The notes under the pieces: generated by a model | Told to the model about the DNA's origin: nothing | What the model saw: only the letters and a program-made list of their open reading frames with translations | The model's database searches: none | Assembly (NCBI GenBank): GCA_963795085.1 | Contig: CAWCFX010000006.1 | Location: 64,001 to 128,000 of the forward strand | Direction: 5' to 3' | DNA from: an uncultured Gemmatimonadales bacterium | GTDB taxonomy: Bacteria > Gemmatimonadota > Gemmatimonadetes > Gemmatimonadales > GWC2-71-9 | Length of the DNA: 64,000 bases | In this document: positions 18,347 to 28,482 of the stretch, piece after piece | How the letters are laid out: each line of letters begins with the position of its first letter | Position numbering within the stretch: position 1 is the first letter of the stretch | Program-made: the position numbers and the translations under genes

Positions 18347-19369
18347 TCAGGGGCGTAAATTTCCGCCCGCAGGAATCGCCTGGTTCGCCGGCAACAGCCC
18401 CATCCGGGTCCGGACCTCCCCGATCGTGCCGCCGGCCAGCGCGCGCGCCTTGGTGGCGCCCTCCGCCAGGATAGTATCGACCGCGTCGGGCGCGGCATTA
18501 AGCTCGGCGGCCCGGACCCGGACCGGCTCCAGGGTCGCCGCCATATTGGCGGCGAGGACCTTCTTGCAGTCAATGCAGCCCCAGCGCGCGCCCCGGCAGT
18601 TCTCCGCCACTTCGTTCACGGTTTCCGGGGGCGAGAAGTGCTTGTGCAACTCGTAGATATTGCAGATCTCGGGGGTGCCCGGGTCGCTTTTCGTCACCCG
18701 GGCGGGATCGGTCCGGGCCGGGCGCAGTTTCTGCCAGATCGCCTCCGGGCTCTCCAGGATGCCGATGGTGTTGCCGAGGCTCTTGGACATCTTCGCTTCG
18801 CCATCGAGACCCATGATCCGCTTGGCCGTGGTGAGGAGCGGCTGCGGCTCCGGAAAGAACGCCGCACCCCCGAAGAACTGGCTGTTCCACTTCCGGGCGA
18901 CTTCGCGGGACAACTCGAGGTGCTGGGTCTGGTCCTCTCCCACCGGCACCAGCTCGGCCTTGTAGAGCAGGATGTCCGCCGCCATGAGGATCGGATAGTT
19001 AAGCAGGCCCGCCGGAATGCTCTCGAACCGCTGTGACTTATCTTTGAACTGGGTCATCCGTTCCAGTTCGCCGATGGGCGTGACCGTGTTCAGCAGCCAC
19101 TGCAGCTCGGAGTGTTCCGGGACGTGGGACTGCACGAAGAGTGTCGCTCGGGCCGGGTCGATGCCGGACGCCAGCAGCCCCACCGCCATGTCCCGGGTCC
19201 GCTGGGCCAGGGTCTCGGATTCGTACTTCCCGGTGATGGCGTGGAGGTCGACGATGCAGAACAGGCAGTCGTGAATCTGCTGCAGCCGGACCCAGTTCTG
19301 GACCGCGCCGAGCCAATTGCCGATGTGCAGCTCACCGGAGGGTTGAATGCCTGAGAATATGCGAGCCAT
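18347..19369 (-). CDS. trpS: Tryptophan--tRNA ligase
   Basis: SGIQPSG, HIGN, VPVGEDQ, KMSKS. Confidence 0.98.
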   Translation of the reverse strand: MARIFSGIQPSGELHIGNWLGAVQNWVRLQQIHDCLFCIVDLHAITGKYESETLAQRTRDMAVGLLASGIDPARATLFVQSHVPEHSELQWLLNTVTPIGELERMTQFKDKSQRFESIPAGLLNYPILMAADILLYKAELVPVGEDQTQHLELSREVARKWNSQFFGGAAFFPEPQPLLTTAKRIMGLDGEAKMSKSLGNTIGILESPEAIWQKLRPARTDPARVTKSDPGTPEICNIYELHKHFSPPETVNEVAENCRGARWGCIDCKKVLAANMAATLEPVRVRAAELNAAPDAVDTILAEGATKARALAGGTIGEVRTRMGLLPANQAIPAGGNLRP

Positions 19370-19405
19370 GCGCCCAAGCTACCCTGCCCTCCCGAGAGTT
19401 GCAAG

Positions 19406-20191
19406 ATGGCTCCATCCTTAGACTTACTGCACTTGGCCACCGCCGCGGCGCGGCAGGCCGGCGACTACCTCGGCACTGTTCGGCGCCCGGCCAATCCAGC
19501 GGCCTGGATTCGGAAAGGCCGGTCCGATTTCGTCACCGAGGTCGATCGCACCGCCGAATCCCTCATCCGCGCGGTCCTGCTCGGTGGCGAGCCCGGGTCG
19601 ACGGTGGTCGGCGAGGAACTGGCGCCCGATCTGGTGACCCCCGGGCTGGTCTGGATCGTGGACCCGCTCGACGGGACGACCAACTTTCTGCATGGCGTCC
19701 CGGGGTACGCGGTCTCGATTGCGGCGGCAGTGAATGGGCGACTGGAGGCCGGGGTGGTGCTGGAGCTGCCTTCCGGGCGTCTCTTTCGTTCGGCGCGGGG
19801 CGAGGGGGCATGGCGCGACGAGGAGCGCCTCCGGGTCAGCACCATCTCGGATCCCGCCGACGCCCTGGTGGGCACCGGGTTCCCCTTCACCGACTTTTCC
19901 TCGCTGGATGGCTATATGGGCCAACTCCGCCGGGTCATGGAGGCCACCAGCGGTGTGAGGCGGCCAGGGGCGGCGGCACTCGACCTGGCCGCGGTCGCCG
20001 CGGGAGCGTTTGATGGTTTCTGGGAGCAGCGGCTCTCGGCGTGGGACATCGCCGCCGGGATCCTCCTGGTCCGGGAGGCCGGCGGACTGGTCACCGATTT
20101 CGAGGGCCGCGATCTCGGCGTGGAACATTCCTCCGTCGTCGCGGGGAACCCGGCGATTCACCAGTGGCTGCTGACGGTGCTGCGCTCCTGA
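19406..20191 (+). CDS. suhB: Inositol monophosphatase family protein
   Basis: DFVTEVD, GEE, WIVDPLDGTTNF, WDIAAG. Confidence 0.88.
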   Translation: MAPSLDLLHLATAAARQAGDYLGTVRRPANPAAWIRKGRSDFVTEVDRTAESLIRAVLLGGEPGSTVVGEELAPDLVTPGLVWIVDPLDGTTNFLHGVPGYAVSIAAAVNGRLEAGVVLELPSGRLFRSARGEGAWRDEERLRVSTISDPADALVGTGFPFTDFSSLDGYMGQLRRVMEATSGVRRPGAAALDLAAVAAGAFDGFWEQRLSAWDIAAGILLVREAGGLVTDFEGRDLGVEHSSVVAGNPAIHQWLLTVLRS

Positions 20192-20386
20192 CACCTCCTC
20201 GCGCTCGCCAGCCCGATTAGACAGCGGGCGTTCCGGAGCCGTTCCGCGACAGCAAATCGCGAGGCGTCCAGGCTCGACACCACGAACCCGCCAGCGGGGC
20301 GGGTGACACTGCTCACGGCTCCAACCGCCCGGCCGTTGGATTCTGACAACGGGATAAACTTTCGAGGAGCCATGGCCTAGTCCACG

Positions 20387-21160
20387 GTGGTCGCCCCCCT
20401 GCAGGATGCCGGGGACGCATTTGCCGCCAGCCTCGCCACCGTGGTGGCCTTTCTGCCCCGGCTGCTGGCCTCCCTCCTCATCATCGCGGTGGGATGGGTC
20501 GTTGCCTCGCTTCTGGGTCGGGCCGTCACGGCCATGCTCCGAGCGATCCGGCTCAACGAGCTGGCTCAGCGGTCGGGACTCTCCGAGTTCATTCGCAACA
20601 TGGGGTTCCGGGCCACGACCGCCGATGTCATCGGAATCGTGACCCGGTGGTTCGTCCGCCTGATCGCGCTGGTGGTGGCCTTTGACGCGCTGGGACTGCC
20701 GGCGGTCTCGTCCGTGCTGAACGAACTGCCGCTCTGGCTGCCCAATCTGGTGGTCGCGCTGGTCGTCCTGATGGTGTGGGGACTGGCGGCTGGCGCACTG
20801 AGCCGGCTGGTCAAGGCCACGGCGACTGAGGCAGGGTTTTCGAACCCGGACACGCTGGCCGCCATCGCCCGGATCGCCGCGTGGAGCTTCGCGGTGGTCG
20901 TGGCGATCAACCAGCTGGGCATCGCTACGGTGCTCATCAACACCCTGATGATCGGCCTGGTCGGGGCGCTGGCCATCGCGGCTGGACTGGCCTTCGGGTT
21001 GGGCGGCCGAGACCGGGCGGCGCTGGCTCTTGAGAAATGGGTAGGCAGCGGTGGCGGTGCGCCGCCCCCGCTGCCGGTCGGCGGCACCGCCAGCCGGGTA
21101 TGGGTCGACCGCTCCGGCATGGACCGCCGCCGAAGCTCTACCTCCGGACGCCGGGACTAG
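20387..21160 (+). CDS. CmpX-like / TM-helix-repeat mechanosensitive-channel-related membrane protein (possibly 5'-disrupted)
   Basis: Two (F/W)LP(R/N)L..A TM repeats, AFGLGGRD; in-frame ATG-GCC-TAG at 20372-20380. Confidence 0.75.
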   Translation: MVAPLQDAGDAFAASLATVVAFLPRLLASLLIIAVGWVVASLLGRAVTAMLRAIRLNELAQRSGLSEFIRNMGFRATTADVIGIVTRWFVRLIALVVAFDALGLPAVSSVLNELPLWLPNLVVALVVLMVWGLAAGALSRLVKATATEAGFSNPDTLAAIARIAAWSFAVVVAINQLGIATVLINTLMIGLVGALAIAAGLAFGLGGRDRAALALEKWVGSGGGAPPPLPVGGTASRVWVDRSGMDRRRSSTSGRRD

Positions 21161-21175
21161 GAGGGCGCCCGCCCG

Positions 21176-21820
21176 CTAGAACGGCGAGCCTCGACGCTCC
21201 GGCCCGGCATAGGCGAAGTCCCGTCGAGCACGGCGCTCGTGGCCGCGCCAATCGTCGCCGGTCCCATCGACCACCCCCGCCTCGGCATTGCCCAGGTTGT
21301 CCGGCCGATAGGACGGGCCCAGGTCGCCCTGGCGGTCGCGCAGGATGGCCCGGGCCTCGAGCGCCCGGTCGTCGGCGCGAACCGTCACCAGCACGGCGCC
21401 TTCCCGGAAGCCGCGGTCAAAGTGCTCGGCATCCTCCGGGGACGTTCCCATCGCCACCAGGGCGCCGATGATCCCCCCGGTCGCCGCGCCGATGCTGGCT
21501 CCGGCCAGCGTGGTAGCCAGGATCCCACCGGCGATGATGGGCCCCACCCCGGGAATGAGCAATGATCCCAGCAGGCCCAGCGCGCCACCTACCATTCCTC
21601 CGCTCAGCGCCCCACGCGCCGCCCCTTCGGCCGCCCCGGTTCCTTCGGCGAGATCCCGTTCGGCCTCCCGGTCCTGCATGGCGATGCCGATGGCGTCCTC
21701 GCTGAACCCCGCCTCGCGCAGATCGGCGATCGCGTCCGAGGCTTCACTCGGGCTGGGGAACAGCGCCACCACGATGGCTCCGGTCCGGCGTCCGACTTCT
21801 TCATGGCCTGGCGAGGTCAT
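21176..21820 (-). CDS. General stress protein-like membrane protein (glycine zipper)
   Basis: ALF..A..AI..L..AGF, IPGVGPIIAGG, GAVLVTV; AGGAGG before ATG 21820. Confidence 0.8.
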   Translation of the reverse strand: MTSPGHEEVGRRTGAIVVALFPSPSEASDAIADLREAGFSEDAIGIAMQDREAERDLAEGTGAAEGAARGALSGGMVGGALGLLGSLLIPGVGPIIAGGILATTLAGASIGAATGGIIGALVAMGTSPEDAEHFDRGFREGAVLVTVRADDRALEARAILRDRQGDLGPSYRPDNLGNAEAGVVDGTGDDWRGHERRARRDFAYAGPERRGSPF

Positions 21821-21935
21821 GTCCCCTCCTGGAAGAACGTGATTGTTCCCCGGCAGAACCAGCCGCCGGCAACAACTCAACGTTAAGGAGAGCGGCCGCG
21901 GGAGCGAGTGACTTGCCTCACTCCGCCGGCGACGA

Positions 21936-22694
21936 TCAGGAAGGGGGGGCGGTGAGAATGCGTGGTCCGTCGCTGGTGATGGCGACCGTGTGCTCAAAAT
22001 GCGCCGCCAGGGAGCCGTCGGCGGTCACCACCGTCCACTTGTCTGCGAGGGTCCGGGTGACCGGGCTGCCGAGCGTGATCATGGGTTCGATCGCGATGGT
22101 CATGCCGTCCGTCAACCGGGGTCCCCGCCGAGGGGAGCCATAGTTGGGGACCTGGGGCTCTTCGTGGAAGGAGGTACCTATGCCGTGGCCCACCAGCTCC
22201 TTCACGACGCCGAAACCGGCCGCCTCGGCCACCTTCTGCACCGCGTGACCGATATCTCCCACGTGCTGCCCGGCCCGCGCCTCGGCGATGCCGGCCGCCA
22301 GGCACTCCCGGGTGACGGCCAGCAGGCGAGCCGCCTCGGGGGAAATCTCGCCAACCGGTATCGTGGTCGCGGAATCGGCGTGCAGACCGTCGAAATGCAC
22401 GCCCACGTCCACGCTGACGATATTGCCGTCCCGGAGCACCCGCTTCGCGGAGGGTATCCCGTGGACGATCTCCTCGTTGATCGAGGTACACAGGGTCTTG
22501 GGAAACCCGTACAGACCCTTGAACGACGGCGCCGCACCGGCGTGGCTCCGGATAAAGGCCTCCGCGATGGCGTCCAGGTCCTCGGTGGACATCCCCGGCC
22601 GGGTGCGCTCGTGCATCAGCGCCAGCGTCGCGGCCACGATCCTGCCGGCGTGCGCCATCGCTTCGATTTCCCGGGGAGACTTGAGTGTGATCAC
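21936..22694 (-). CDS. map: Methionine aminopeptidase type I
   Basis: CTSINEEIVHGIP, GHGIG, FHEEP, AIEPM, AHFEHT. Confidence 0.97.
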   Translation of the reverse strand: MITLKSPREIEAMAHAGRIVAATLALMHERTRPGMSTEDLDAIAEAFIRSHAGAAPSFKGLYGFPKTLCTSINEEIVHGIPSAKRVLRDGNIVSVDVGVHFDGLHADSATTIPVGEISPEAARLLAVTRECLAAGIAEARAGQHVGDIGHAVQKVAEAAGFGVVKELVGHGIGTSFHEEPQVPNYGSPRRGPRLTDGMTIAIEPMITLGSPVTRTLADKWTVVTADGSLAAHFEHTVAITSDGPRILTAPPS

Positions 22695-22714
22695 GGGCCG
22701 CCTGGGAACAAAGA

Positions 22715-22756
22715 GTACAGAGTGCAGAGTGCAGCGTGCAGCGCGCAGCGTGCAGC
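22715..22756. repeat. Heptamer tandem repeat (GTGCAG[A/C])x6
   Basis: Read directly in adk-map spacer. Confidence 0.92.
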
Positions 22757-22759
22757 GTG

Positions 22760-23320
22760 CTACTGCAGGAGGGTCTCCACTCGGCTGGCGATGTCCTCCA
22801 CCGGGCCCACCGCATCTACGACGTGGACCGTGCCGCGCTTCCGATAGTACTCCAGGACTGGAGCGGTTTGGGCCCGGTAGGCCTCGAGGCGGGTCTTCAC
22901 CGAGGCGGGGTCGTCGTCCGCCCGGCCTTCGATGTCGCGCCGTTTTGCCAGCCGGTCCAGAATGACCTGGTCGGGAATCTCGAAGTACAGCACCGCGTCC
23001 ATGGCCCTGCGCTGCTCGGCGAGCAGGCGATCAACGCCCTCGGCCTGCGGGATCGTTCGCACCACGCCGTCGAAGATCACTCCGCCCGCTGCGCCGGGCT
23101 TGGCCAGCTCGTCGCGCACCACGCCCATGATCAGGTCGTCACTCACCAGGGCGCCCGATTCCATGGTCGCCTTGACCTCGAGGCCGATCGGCGTACCCCG
23201 CTTGACCGCGTCGCGCAGGAGATCACCGGTGGCGAACTTGGGCAGCCCCAGGCGTTCGGCCAGCAGCGCCCCCTGGGTGCCTTTGCCCGCGCCCGGCGGG
23301 CCCAGCAGGAGTATGTCCAC
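22760..23320 (-). CDS. adk: Adenylate kinase (short LID)
   Basis: GPPGAGKGTQ, TGDLLR, GRADDD; GTG 23320 after GGAGGA. Confidence 0.95.
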   Translation of the reverse strand: MDILLLGPPGAGKGTQGALLAERLGLPKFATGDLLRDAVKRGTPIGLEVKATMESGALVSDDLIMGVVRDELAKPGAAGGVIFDGVVRTIPQAEGVDRLLAEQRRAMDAVLYFEIPDQVILDRLAKRRDIEGRADDDPASVKTRLEAYRAQTAPVLEYYRKRGTVHVVDAVGPVEDIASRVETLLQ

Positions 23321-23336
23321 GGTTCCTCCAAAAGGA

Positions 23337-23422
23337 CTGAGTGCAGGGTGCACTCTGCACTCTGCACTCTGCACTCTGCTACTCTTTGCTCTGTACTCTT
23401 TGCTCTGTACTCTTTGCTCTGC
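23337..23422. repeat. Heptamer repeat array TCTGCAC / TCTTTGC-TCTGTAC with palindromic centre
   Basis: Read directly in secY-adk spacer. Confidence 0.9.
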
Positions 23423-23428
23423 CCTCGT

Positions 23429-24742
23429 CTACATGAACCGCTGCTGCCGCCCCCGAAACTTGACCCGGCCGGTCTTCATGAAGCTGTCGTACTTGCGCAA
23501 CTGCCGGTGCTGTTCCACCTGGGCGATGGTATCGAGCAGGGTGCCGACCACGATGAGCACCGAGGTGCCGCCAAACGCCGACTGGAACCCGAGTTGCTGC
23601 CCGAGGATCATCGGAACGAGGGCCACGAATGCCAGGAAGAGCGCGCCGGGGAGGGTCACCCGGGACAGGACAGTATCGATGTAGTCGGCGGTGCTGGCGC
23701 CCGGCTTGACCCCGGGAATGAAGCCGCCCTGCTTCTTCAGGTTCTCCGACAGGTCCACCGAGTTAAAGATGATGGATGTGTAGAAGTAGCTGAACAGCAG
23801 GATCATCGCGGTGAAGATCAGGATATACGGCCATTCCCCGGGAGTGAAGAAATCCGCCATTCCCTGGAGGAACGGGCTCCGGGTGACGCTGGCCAGGGTC
23901 CCGGGCACGATGATGATCGTCTGGGCGAAGATGATCGGCATCACGCTGGCGGTAAGCAGCCGGATCGGGATAAAGGTCTTCTGGGATTCGCGGACCCGCC
24001 CCCGGCCCATGACCTTGCGGGGGATCTGGATGGGGATGCGCCGGGCGGCGATGGTCATCGCCGTGGTCGCCCCCATCACCAGGATGAGCATCACGACGTA
24101 TCCAACCAGCCCGAACAGCGACACCACCTCGGCCTTGAGGAACTGGAACGCCTGCAGGGTGCCCGGCCAGAACCGTTCCAGGATCGAGAAGGTGATGAGC
24201 AGGCTCATGCCGTTGCCGATACCGCGCTCGGTGATCTGCTCGCCCAGCCACATCACGAACACCGCGCCGGCGGTCAGGATCACGACCATCAGAAGGCGGG
24301 ACGCCAGGCTGGGAGAGGCGACCGCGCCGGGGATGGACTCGGTGAACAGGGCAAAGGTGTACGCCTGCGACGCCGCGATGAGAATCGTGACGTAGCGGGT
24401 CCACTGGGTCAGCTTCTTCTTGCCCTCTTCGTCGCGCTGCATCTTGCCGACCGAGGGCACCACGCCGCCGGCCAGCTGGAACAGGATGCTGGCCGAGATG
24501 TAGGGCATGATGCCCAGCGCGAAGACGGTGGCGCGGGAAAGCCCGCCGCCCAGCATGTCGTACAGCCCGAAGAACCCGGCCGCGGCCGAGTTCCGGATGT
24601 AGTCAGCGAGGGCGGCGGCGTTAACGCCGGGCGAGACGATATGGGCGCCGACCCGGTAGATCACCAGCGCCAGCAGCGTGAACAGCAGCTTGCGCTTGAG
24701 CTCCGGGTCGATGGCAAAGCCGGAAACGCGCGGGGCGGTCAC
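23429..24742 (-). CDS. secY: Preprotein translocase SecY
   Basis: ALGIMPYISASI, WLGEQITERGIGNG, FIPGVKPG, GGTSVLIVV. Confidence 0.98.
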   Translation of the reverse strand: MTAPRVSGFAIDPELKRKLLFTLLALVIYRVGAHIVSPGVNAAALADYIRNSAAAGFFGLYDMLGGGLSRATVFALGIMPYISASILFQLAGGVVPSVGKMQRDEEGKKKLTQWTRYVTILIAASQAYTFALFTESIPGAVASPSLASRLLMVVILTAGAVFVMWLGEQITERGIGNGMSLLITFSILERFWPGTLQAFQFLKAEVVSLFGLVGYVVMLILVMGATTAMTIAARRIPIQIPRKVMGRGRVRESQKTFIPIRLLTASVMPIIFAQTIIIVPGTLASVTRSPFLQGMADFFTPGEWPYILIFTAMILLFSYFYTSIIFNSVDLSENLKKQGGFIPGVKPGASTADYIDTVLSRVTLPGALFLAFVALVPMILGQQLGFQSAFGGTSVLIVVGTLLDTIAQVEQHRQLRKYDSFMKTGRVKFRGRQQRFM

Positions 24743-24743
24743 G

Positions 24744-25202
24744 TCAGGACTCGACGCTGCCGCCGGCCGCTTCGATCTTGGCCTTGGCCGTGGCGGAGAC
24801 GGCGACGCCCTTCACCGTGTAGGCGCGCTCGACCTCGCCGGTGCCCAGGATCTTGACCGCCGATGTGGGCCGGGTGATGAGACCGGCGGTGGTCAGCGTA
24901 TCCGGGTTGATCTCGGTCACGGCCATCTTGCCCAGGTCCCTCAGGTTGACCGGGTGGGCCCTCACCTTGAAGGGATTGGTGAACCCGCGCTTGGGCAGCC
25001 GCCGGTACATCGGCATCTGGCCGCCTTCGAACCCGGGGTTGGTCGCCCCGCCGGTCCGGGCCTTGTGACCCTTGTGGCCCTTGCCGGACGTCTTGCCCAG
25101 CCCGGACCCGGGCCCGCGGCCCACCCGCTTCTTGTATTGGGTAGAACCCTTGGCCGGCCGCAACGTGGACAGCGTGATCGGGGTCCGCTCTTTGTCAGCC
25201 AT
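24744..25202 (-). CDS. rplO: 50S ribosomal protein L15
   Basis: RVGRGPGSG, GFEGGQMP, RLPKRGF. Confidence 0.97.
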   Translation of the reverse strand: MADKERTPITLSTLRPAKGSTQYKKRVGRGPGSGLGKTSGKGHKGHKARTGGATNPGFEGGQMPMYRRLPKRGFTNPFKVRAHPVNLRDLGKMAVTEINPDTLTTAGLITRPTSAVKILGTGEVERAYTVKGVAVSATAKAKIEAAGGSVES

Positions 25203-25432
25203 TACGCCTCCTGCACCGGCGTCACCTTGACCAGGTGACGCACTTTGAACAACATCCCGCGAATCGATGGATTATCGGCCAGGACCACCGTCTGCTGGTG
25301 GTGGCGGAGGCCGAGGGCCCGCAAGGTCCGGCGGAACGTCTCGGCGTGGCCGATCTCCGAGCGAACCTGCTTCACGGAGAGCTTTCCGCCCGCCGCGGCT
25401 TTCTTCGTGGTACGCTTGGCGGTCTCAGGCAT
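25202..25432 (-). CDS. rpmD: 50S ribosomal protein L30
   Basis: TLRALGL, IRGM..KVRHLV; position in spc operon. Confidence 0.92.
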   Translation of the reverse strand: MPETAKRTTKKAAAGGKLSVKQVRSEIGHAETFRRTLRALGLRHHQQTVVLADNPSIRGMLFKVRHLVKVTPVQEA

Positions 25433-26150
25433 GCGCCGCCTCCTGCCGTCCCCGGAACGGCACCTGGTCGACTTCAATGCCCCGCTCCCTCGCCACCTGG
25501 CGGGCAGTGACCAGCCGGCTGAGGCCGTCCATGACGGCCCGCACCATGTTGTGGGGGTTGTTGGATCCCAGGCTCTTGGTCAGGATATCGGTGATTCCGG
25601 CGCACTCGAGCACCGCCCGCACCGGTCCCCCGGCAATGACGCCAGTCCCGCTCGCGGCGGGCTTGAGCAGCACCCGGCCAGCGCCATGTTTCCCGATGAT
25701 TTCGTGGGGAATGGTGGCGCCCACCCGGGGCAGCTCGATCATGCTCCGCTTGGCGGCCTCGACCGCCTTGCGAACCGCCTCGGACACCTCGTTGGCCTTG
25801 CCGGTCGCGACGCCGACCCGCCCCTTGGCGTCGCCGACGGCGACCAGGGCGTTGAAGGAGAACCGCCGGCCGCCCTTGACCACCTTGGCCACCCGGTTGA
25901 TCGCGACCACGTTCTCGACCATGTCGCTGCCGTGCTCCCGGTCCCGGTCGCGCCGGGGTCCGCCCGGCCCGCCCCGGCCCGGCCCGCCCCGGCCCTGTCC
26001 GCCCCGTCCACCGCCGCCGCGCCCGCCACGCCCACCGCCGCCGCCGCCGCCCTGGGTCGGAGTCGGAGGAGACTGGGTAGCGCCGGCCTGAGGGGCTTCG
26101 GCGCCCGCGTCACCGCGCTCGGGCGCGGTGTTTTCCTGTTCGTTTGCCAT
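25425..26150 (-). CDS. rpsE: 30S ribosomal protein S5 with RGG-rich N-terminal extension
   Basis: [24 protein letters not shown]. Confidence 0.97.
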   Translation of the reverse strand: MANEQENTAPERGDAGAEAPQAGATQSPPTPTQGGGGGGGRGGRGGGGRGGQGRGGPGRGGPGGPRRDRDREHGSDMVENVVAINRVAKVVKGGRRFSFNALVAVGDAKGRVGVATGKANEVSEAVRKAVEAAKRSMIELPRVGATIPHEIIGKHGAGRVLLKPAASGTGVIAGGPVRAVLECAGITDILTKSLGSNNPHNMVRAVMDGLSRLVTARQVARERGIEVDQVPFRGRQEAAHA

Positions 26151-26521
26151 CAGAACTCCAATCCGCCTTCGCGCGCGCCCTCGGCAACCGCCTGGACACG
26201 ACCGTGATAACGATAGCCCGCCCGGTCGAACACCACCTTGCTGATCCCGGCCGCCTTGGCCTTCTCCGCCAGCAGCTTGCCGACCGCCTTGCCCCGAGCC
26301 ACCTTGCCGGCACCTTCCACCTGGATGCCCTCGCTGCCGTCGGCGACACCCAGCAGGGTCACGCCGCGGTCATCGTCCACCAACTGGGCATAGATGTGCT
26401 TCAGCGAACGGAATACCGCGAGACGGGGACGCTCAGCGGTCCCGCTGACTTTCTTCCGGACCCGGAGGTGGCGCCGGTGGCGCAGCTGCAGCCGGCCTTT
26501 CGGCGCATGAATCGAACGCAT
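26150..26521 (-). CDS. rplR: 50S ribosomal protein L18
   Basis: [20 protein letters not shown]. Confidence 0.97.
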   Translation of the reverse strand: MRSIHAPKGRLQLRHRRHLRVRKKVSGTAERPRLAVFRSLKHIYAQLVDDDRGVTLLGVADGSEGIQVEGAGKVARGKAVGKLLAEKAKAAGISKVVFDRAGYRYHGRVQAVAEGAREGGLEF

Positions 26522-27060
26522 TACTTGGCTCCTGTCTTGCCGGCCTTGCGGCGGACCTGTTCACCCTGGTAGCGCACCCCTTTGCCCTTGTAGGGCTCCG
26601 GCGGCCGCACGTTGCGCAATTCGGCGGCGACCTGGCCGACGGTTTCCTTGTCGGCGCCTTCGATCTTCACCACCGTGTTGTTCTCGACCGAGATCTTGAT
26701 CCCCTTGGGCGCCTGGTACGGCACCTTGTGGGAGTAGCCCACGATCAGGTCTACCCCGTACGGCTTGGTCTCCGCCTTGTAGCCGACGCCCTGGATCTCC
26801 AGGGTCTTGAGGTAGCCCTTGGACACGCCCTCGACCATGTTGGCGACCAGCGTGCGGGACAGGCCGTGCAGGGCCCGGTGCCGCGGCTCATCGCTGGGCC
26901 GGCTCACCGTGACCTCGCCCCCCTCGAGCTTGAGCGCCATGTCGGGATGGAAGGTGCGCGACAGCTCTCCCCTGGGGCCCTTGATGGCCACAGTCTGGCC
27001 GTTGATCGTGACGGTGACCCCCTGGGGGACGGCCACCGGCTTCTTTCCGATTCGCGACAT
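26521..27060 (-). CDS. rplF: 50S ribosomal protein L6
   Basis: [18 protein letters not shown]. Confidence 0.98.
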   Translation of the reverse strand: MSRIGKKPVAVPQGVTVTINGQTVAIKGPRGELSRTFHPDMALKLEGGEVTVSRPSDEPRHRALHGLSRTLVANMVEGVSKGYLKTLEIQGVGYKAETKPYGVDLIVGYSHKVPYQAPKGIKISVENNTVVKIEGADKETVGQVAAELRNVRPPEPYKGKGVRYQGEQVRRKAGKTGAK

Positions 27061-27068
27061 GCTCGCTC

Positions 27069-27464
27069 CTACCAGACGACGGCGAGCAACTCGCCGCCCA
27101 GGTTCGCCGTGCGCGCTTCGCGGTCGGTCATCAACCCCCGGGGGGTCGAGACGATCGCCATCCCGAGGCCGTTCTTGACCCGGGGCAGCTCACGGCACTT
27201 GACGTATCGGCGCAGGCCCGGCGTCGATACCCGTTTGAGTTCGCGGATGACCGGCGCCTCATTGTGGTACTTGAGGTAGAGCCGCAGGACGCCCTGCTGG
27301 CCGTCGTCGAGGACCTTGAAGTCCGCGATGTAATGGTTGTCCCGAAGGAGGCGCGCCATCTCGGCCTTCAACTTCGACACCGGCATATCTACCCGCCGCT
27401 GGCCCGCGGCGCAGGCGTTGCGGATGCGGGTCAGCATATCGGCGATCGGATCAGTCATGCTCAT
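27069..27464 (-). CDS. rpsH: 30S ribosomal protein S8
   Basis: DPIADMLTRIRNA, STPGLRRY. Confidence 0.98.
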   Translation of the reverse strand: MSMTDPIADMLTRIRNACAAGQRRVDMPVSKLKAEMARLLRDNHYIADFKVLDDGQQGVLRLYLKYHNEAPVIRELKRVSTPGLRRYVKCRELPRVKNGLGMAIVSTPRGLMTDREARTANLGGELLAVVW

Positions 27465-27479
27465 ACGTCGTCGGTCCCC

Positions 27480-27665
27480 TTACCAGCTGGCTTTGCGCAC
27501 GCCGGGAATCTCCCCCTTCAGCGCGAGCTCACGGAAACAAATTCGGCAGAGACCAAACTTGCGAAGAGTCGCCCGGACCCGTCCGCACCGGTTACACCGC
27601 CGCACGGTCCGCGTCTTGAACTTCGGCGTCCGCTTCGCTCTCTCAATCCAGGCCGTCTTTGCCAT
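27480..27665 (-). CDS. rpsZ: 30S ribosomal protein S14, Zn-binding 61-aa type
   Basis: RCNRCGR...LCRICFRE...KASW. Confidence 0.95.
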   Translation of the reverse strand: MAKTAWIERAKRTPKFKTRTVRRCNRCGRVRATLRKFGLCRICFRELALKGEIPGVRKASW

Positions 27666-27744
27666 CCATCCCCCTATTGGGATTTGAGTCCACAACCTTC
27701 CATGTGAGCAGTCCTGCCCCGCTCCCTGCTCACCGCGTACTATC

Positions 27745-28434
27745 TCAGGCGGCCGGCGCCTCGCCCATGGCTATCGGGGTCTCGCCCCGGAAGGGCCAGC
27801 CGAACTCCCGCAGCAGCGACATGGCCAGGTCGTCCCGGCCGGCGCTGGTCACCAGGGTGATGTCCATCCCGTGGATCTTCTCGACTTTGTCGAAGTCGAT
27901 CTCGGGGAAGACCATCTGTTCCTTGATGCCGAACGAATAGTTGCCCCGCCCGTCAAAGCTCTTGGTGGCCAGCCCGCGGAAGTCCCGCATCCGGGGGATC
28001 GCCACCGCGATGAACCGGTCCAGGAACTCGTACATCCGGGCCCCCCGCAGCGTCACCATGGCGCCGATGGGCATGCCTTCCCGGAGCCCGAAGTTGGAGA
28101 TCGCCTTCTTGGCCCGGGTCACCACCGCCCGCTGGCCGGTGATAATCGAAAGCTCCTCGACGACCACGTCCACCAGCTTGGGATTCTTGGGCGCCTCGCC
28201 GATGCCCACGTTCAGCACGATCTTGACCAGCCGGGGAACCTGGTTCGGGTTCTTGAGATCGAACTCCCGCTGGAGCCGGGGCCGGACCACCTGCTGATAG
28301 TGGGTCAGCAGCCGGGGCGTGCCCTCGGACAGCTTGGGCGCGGGATCGACCGGCCCGCTGGTGGCCTTCTCCTTGCCCTTGCCGCCGCCCTGCTTCCCAG
28401 CCGGCGGCTGCTTCTTTTCCTTGACGTCTGCCAT
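27745..28434 (-). CDS. rplE: 50S ribosomal protein L5 with N-terminal extension
   Basis: [19 protein letters not shown]. Confidence 0.97.
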   Translation of the reverse strand: MADVKEKKQPPAGKQGGGKGKEKATSGPVDPAPKLSEGTPRLLTHYQQVVRPRLQREFDLKNPNQVPRLVKIVLNVGIGEAPKNPKLVDVVVEELSIITGQRAVVTRAKKAISNFGLREGMPIGAMVTLRGARMYEFLDRFIAVAIPRMRDFRGLATKSFDGRGNYSFGIKEQMVFPEIDFDKVEKIHGMDITLVTSAGRDDLAMSLLREFGWPFRGETPIAMGEAPAA

Positions 28435-28482
28435 ATCTCCGTCTTTCTCTGGGCGGGCGGGCTCGCGGCCCGCCCCAACGTG

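Noticed and set aside
20378..20380. Amber recoding (pyrrolysine or alternative code)
   Set aside because: TAG is an ordinary stop for many genes here (tuf, rplB, secY); no pyl genes in the window.
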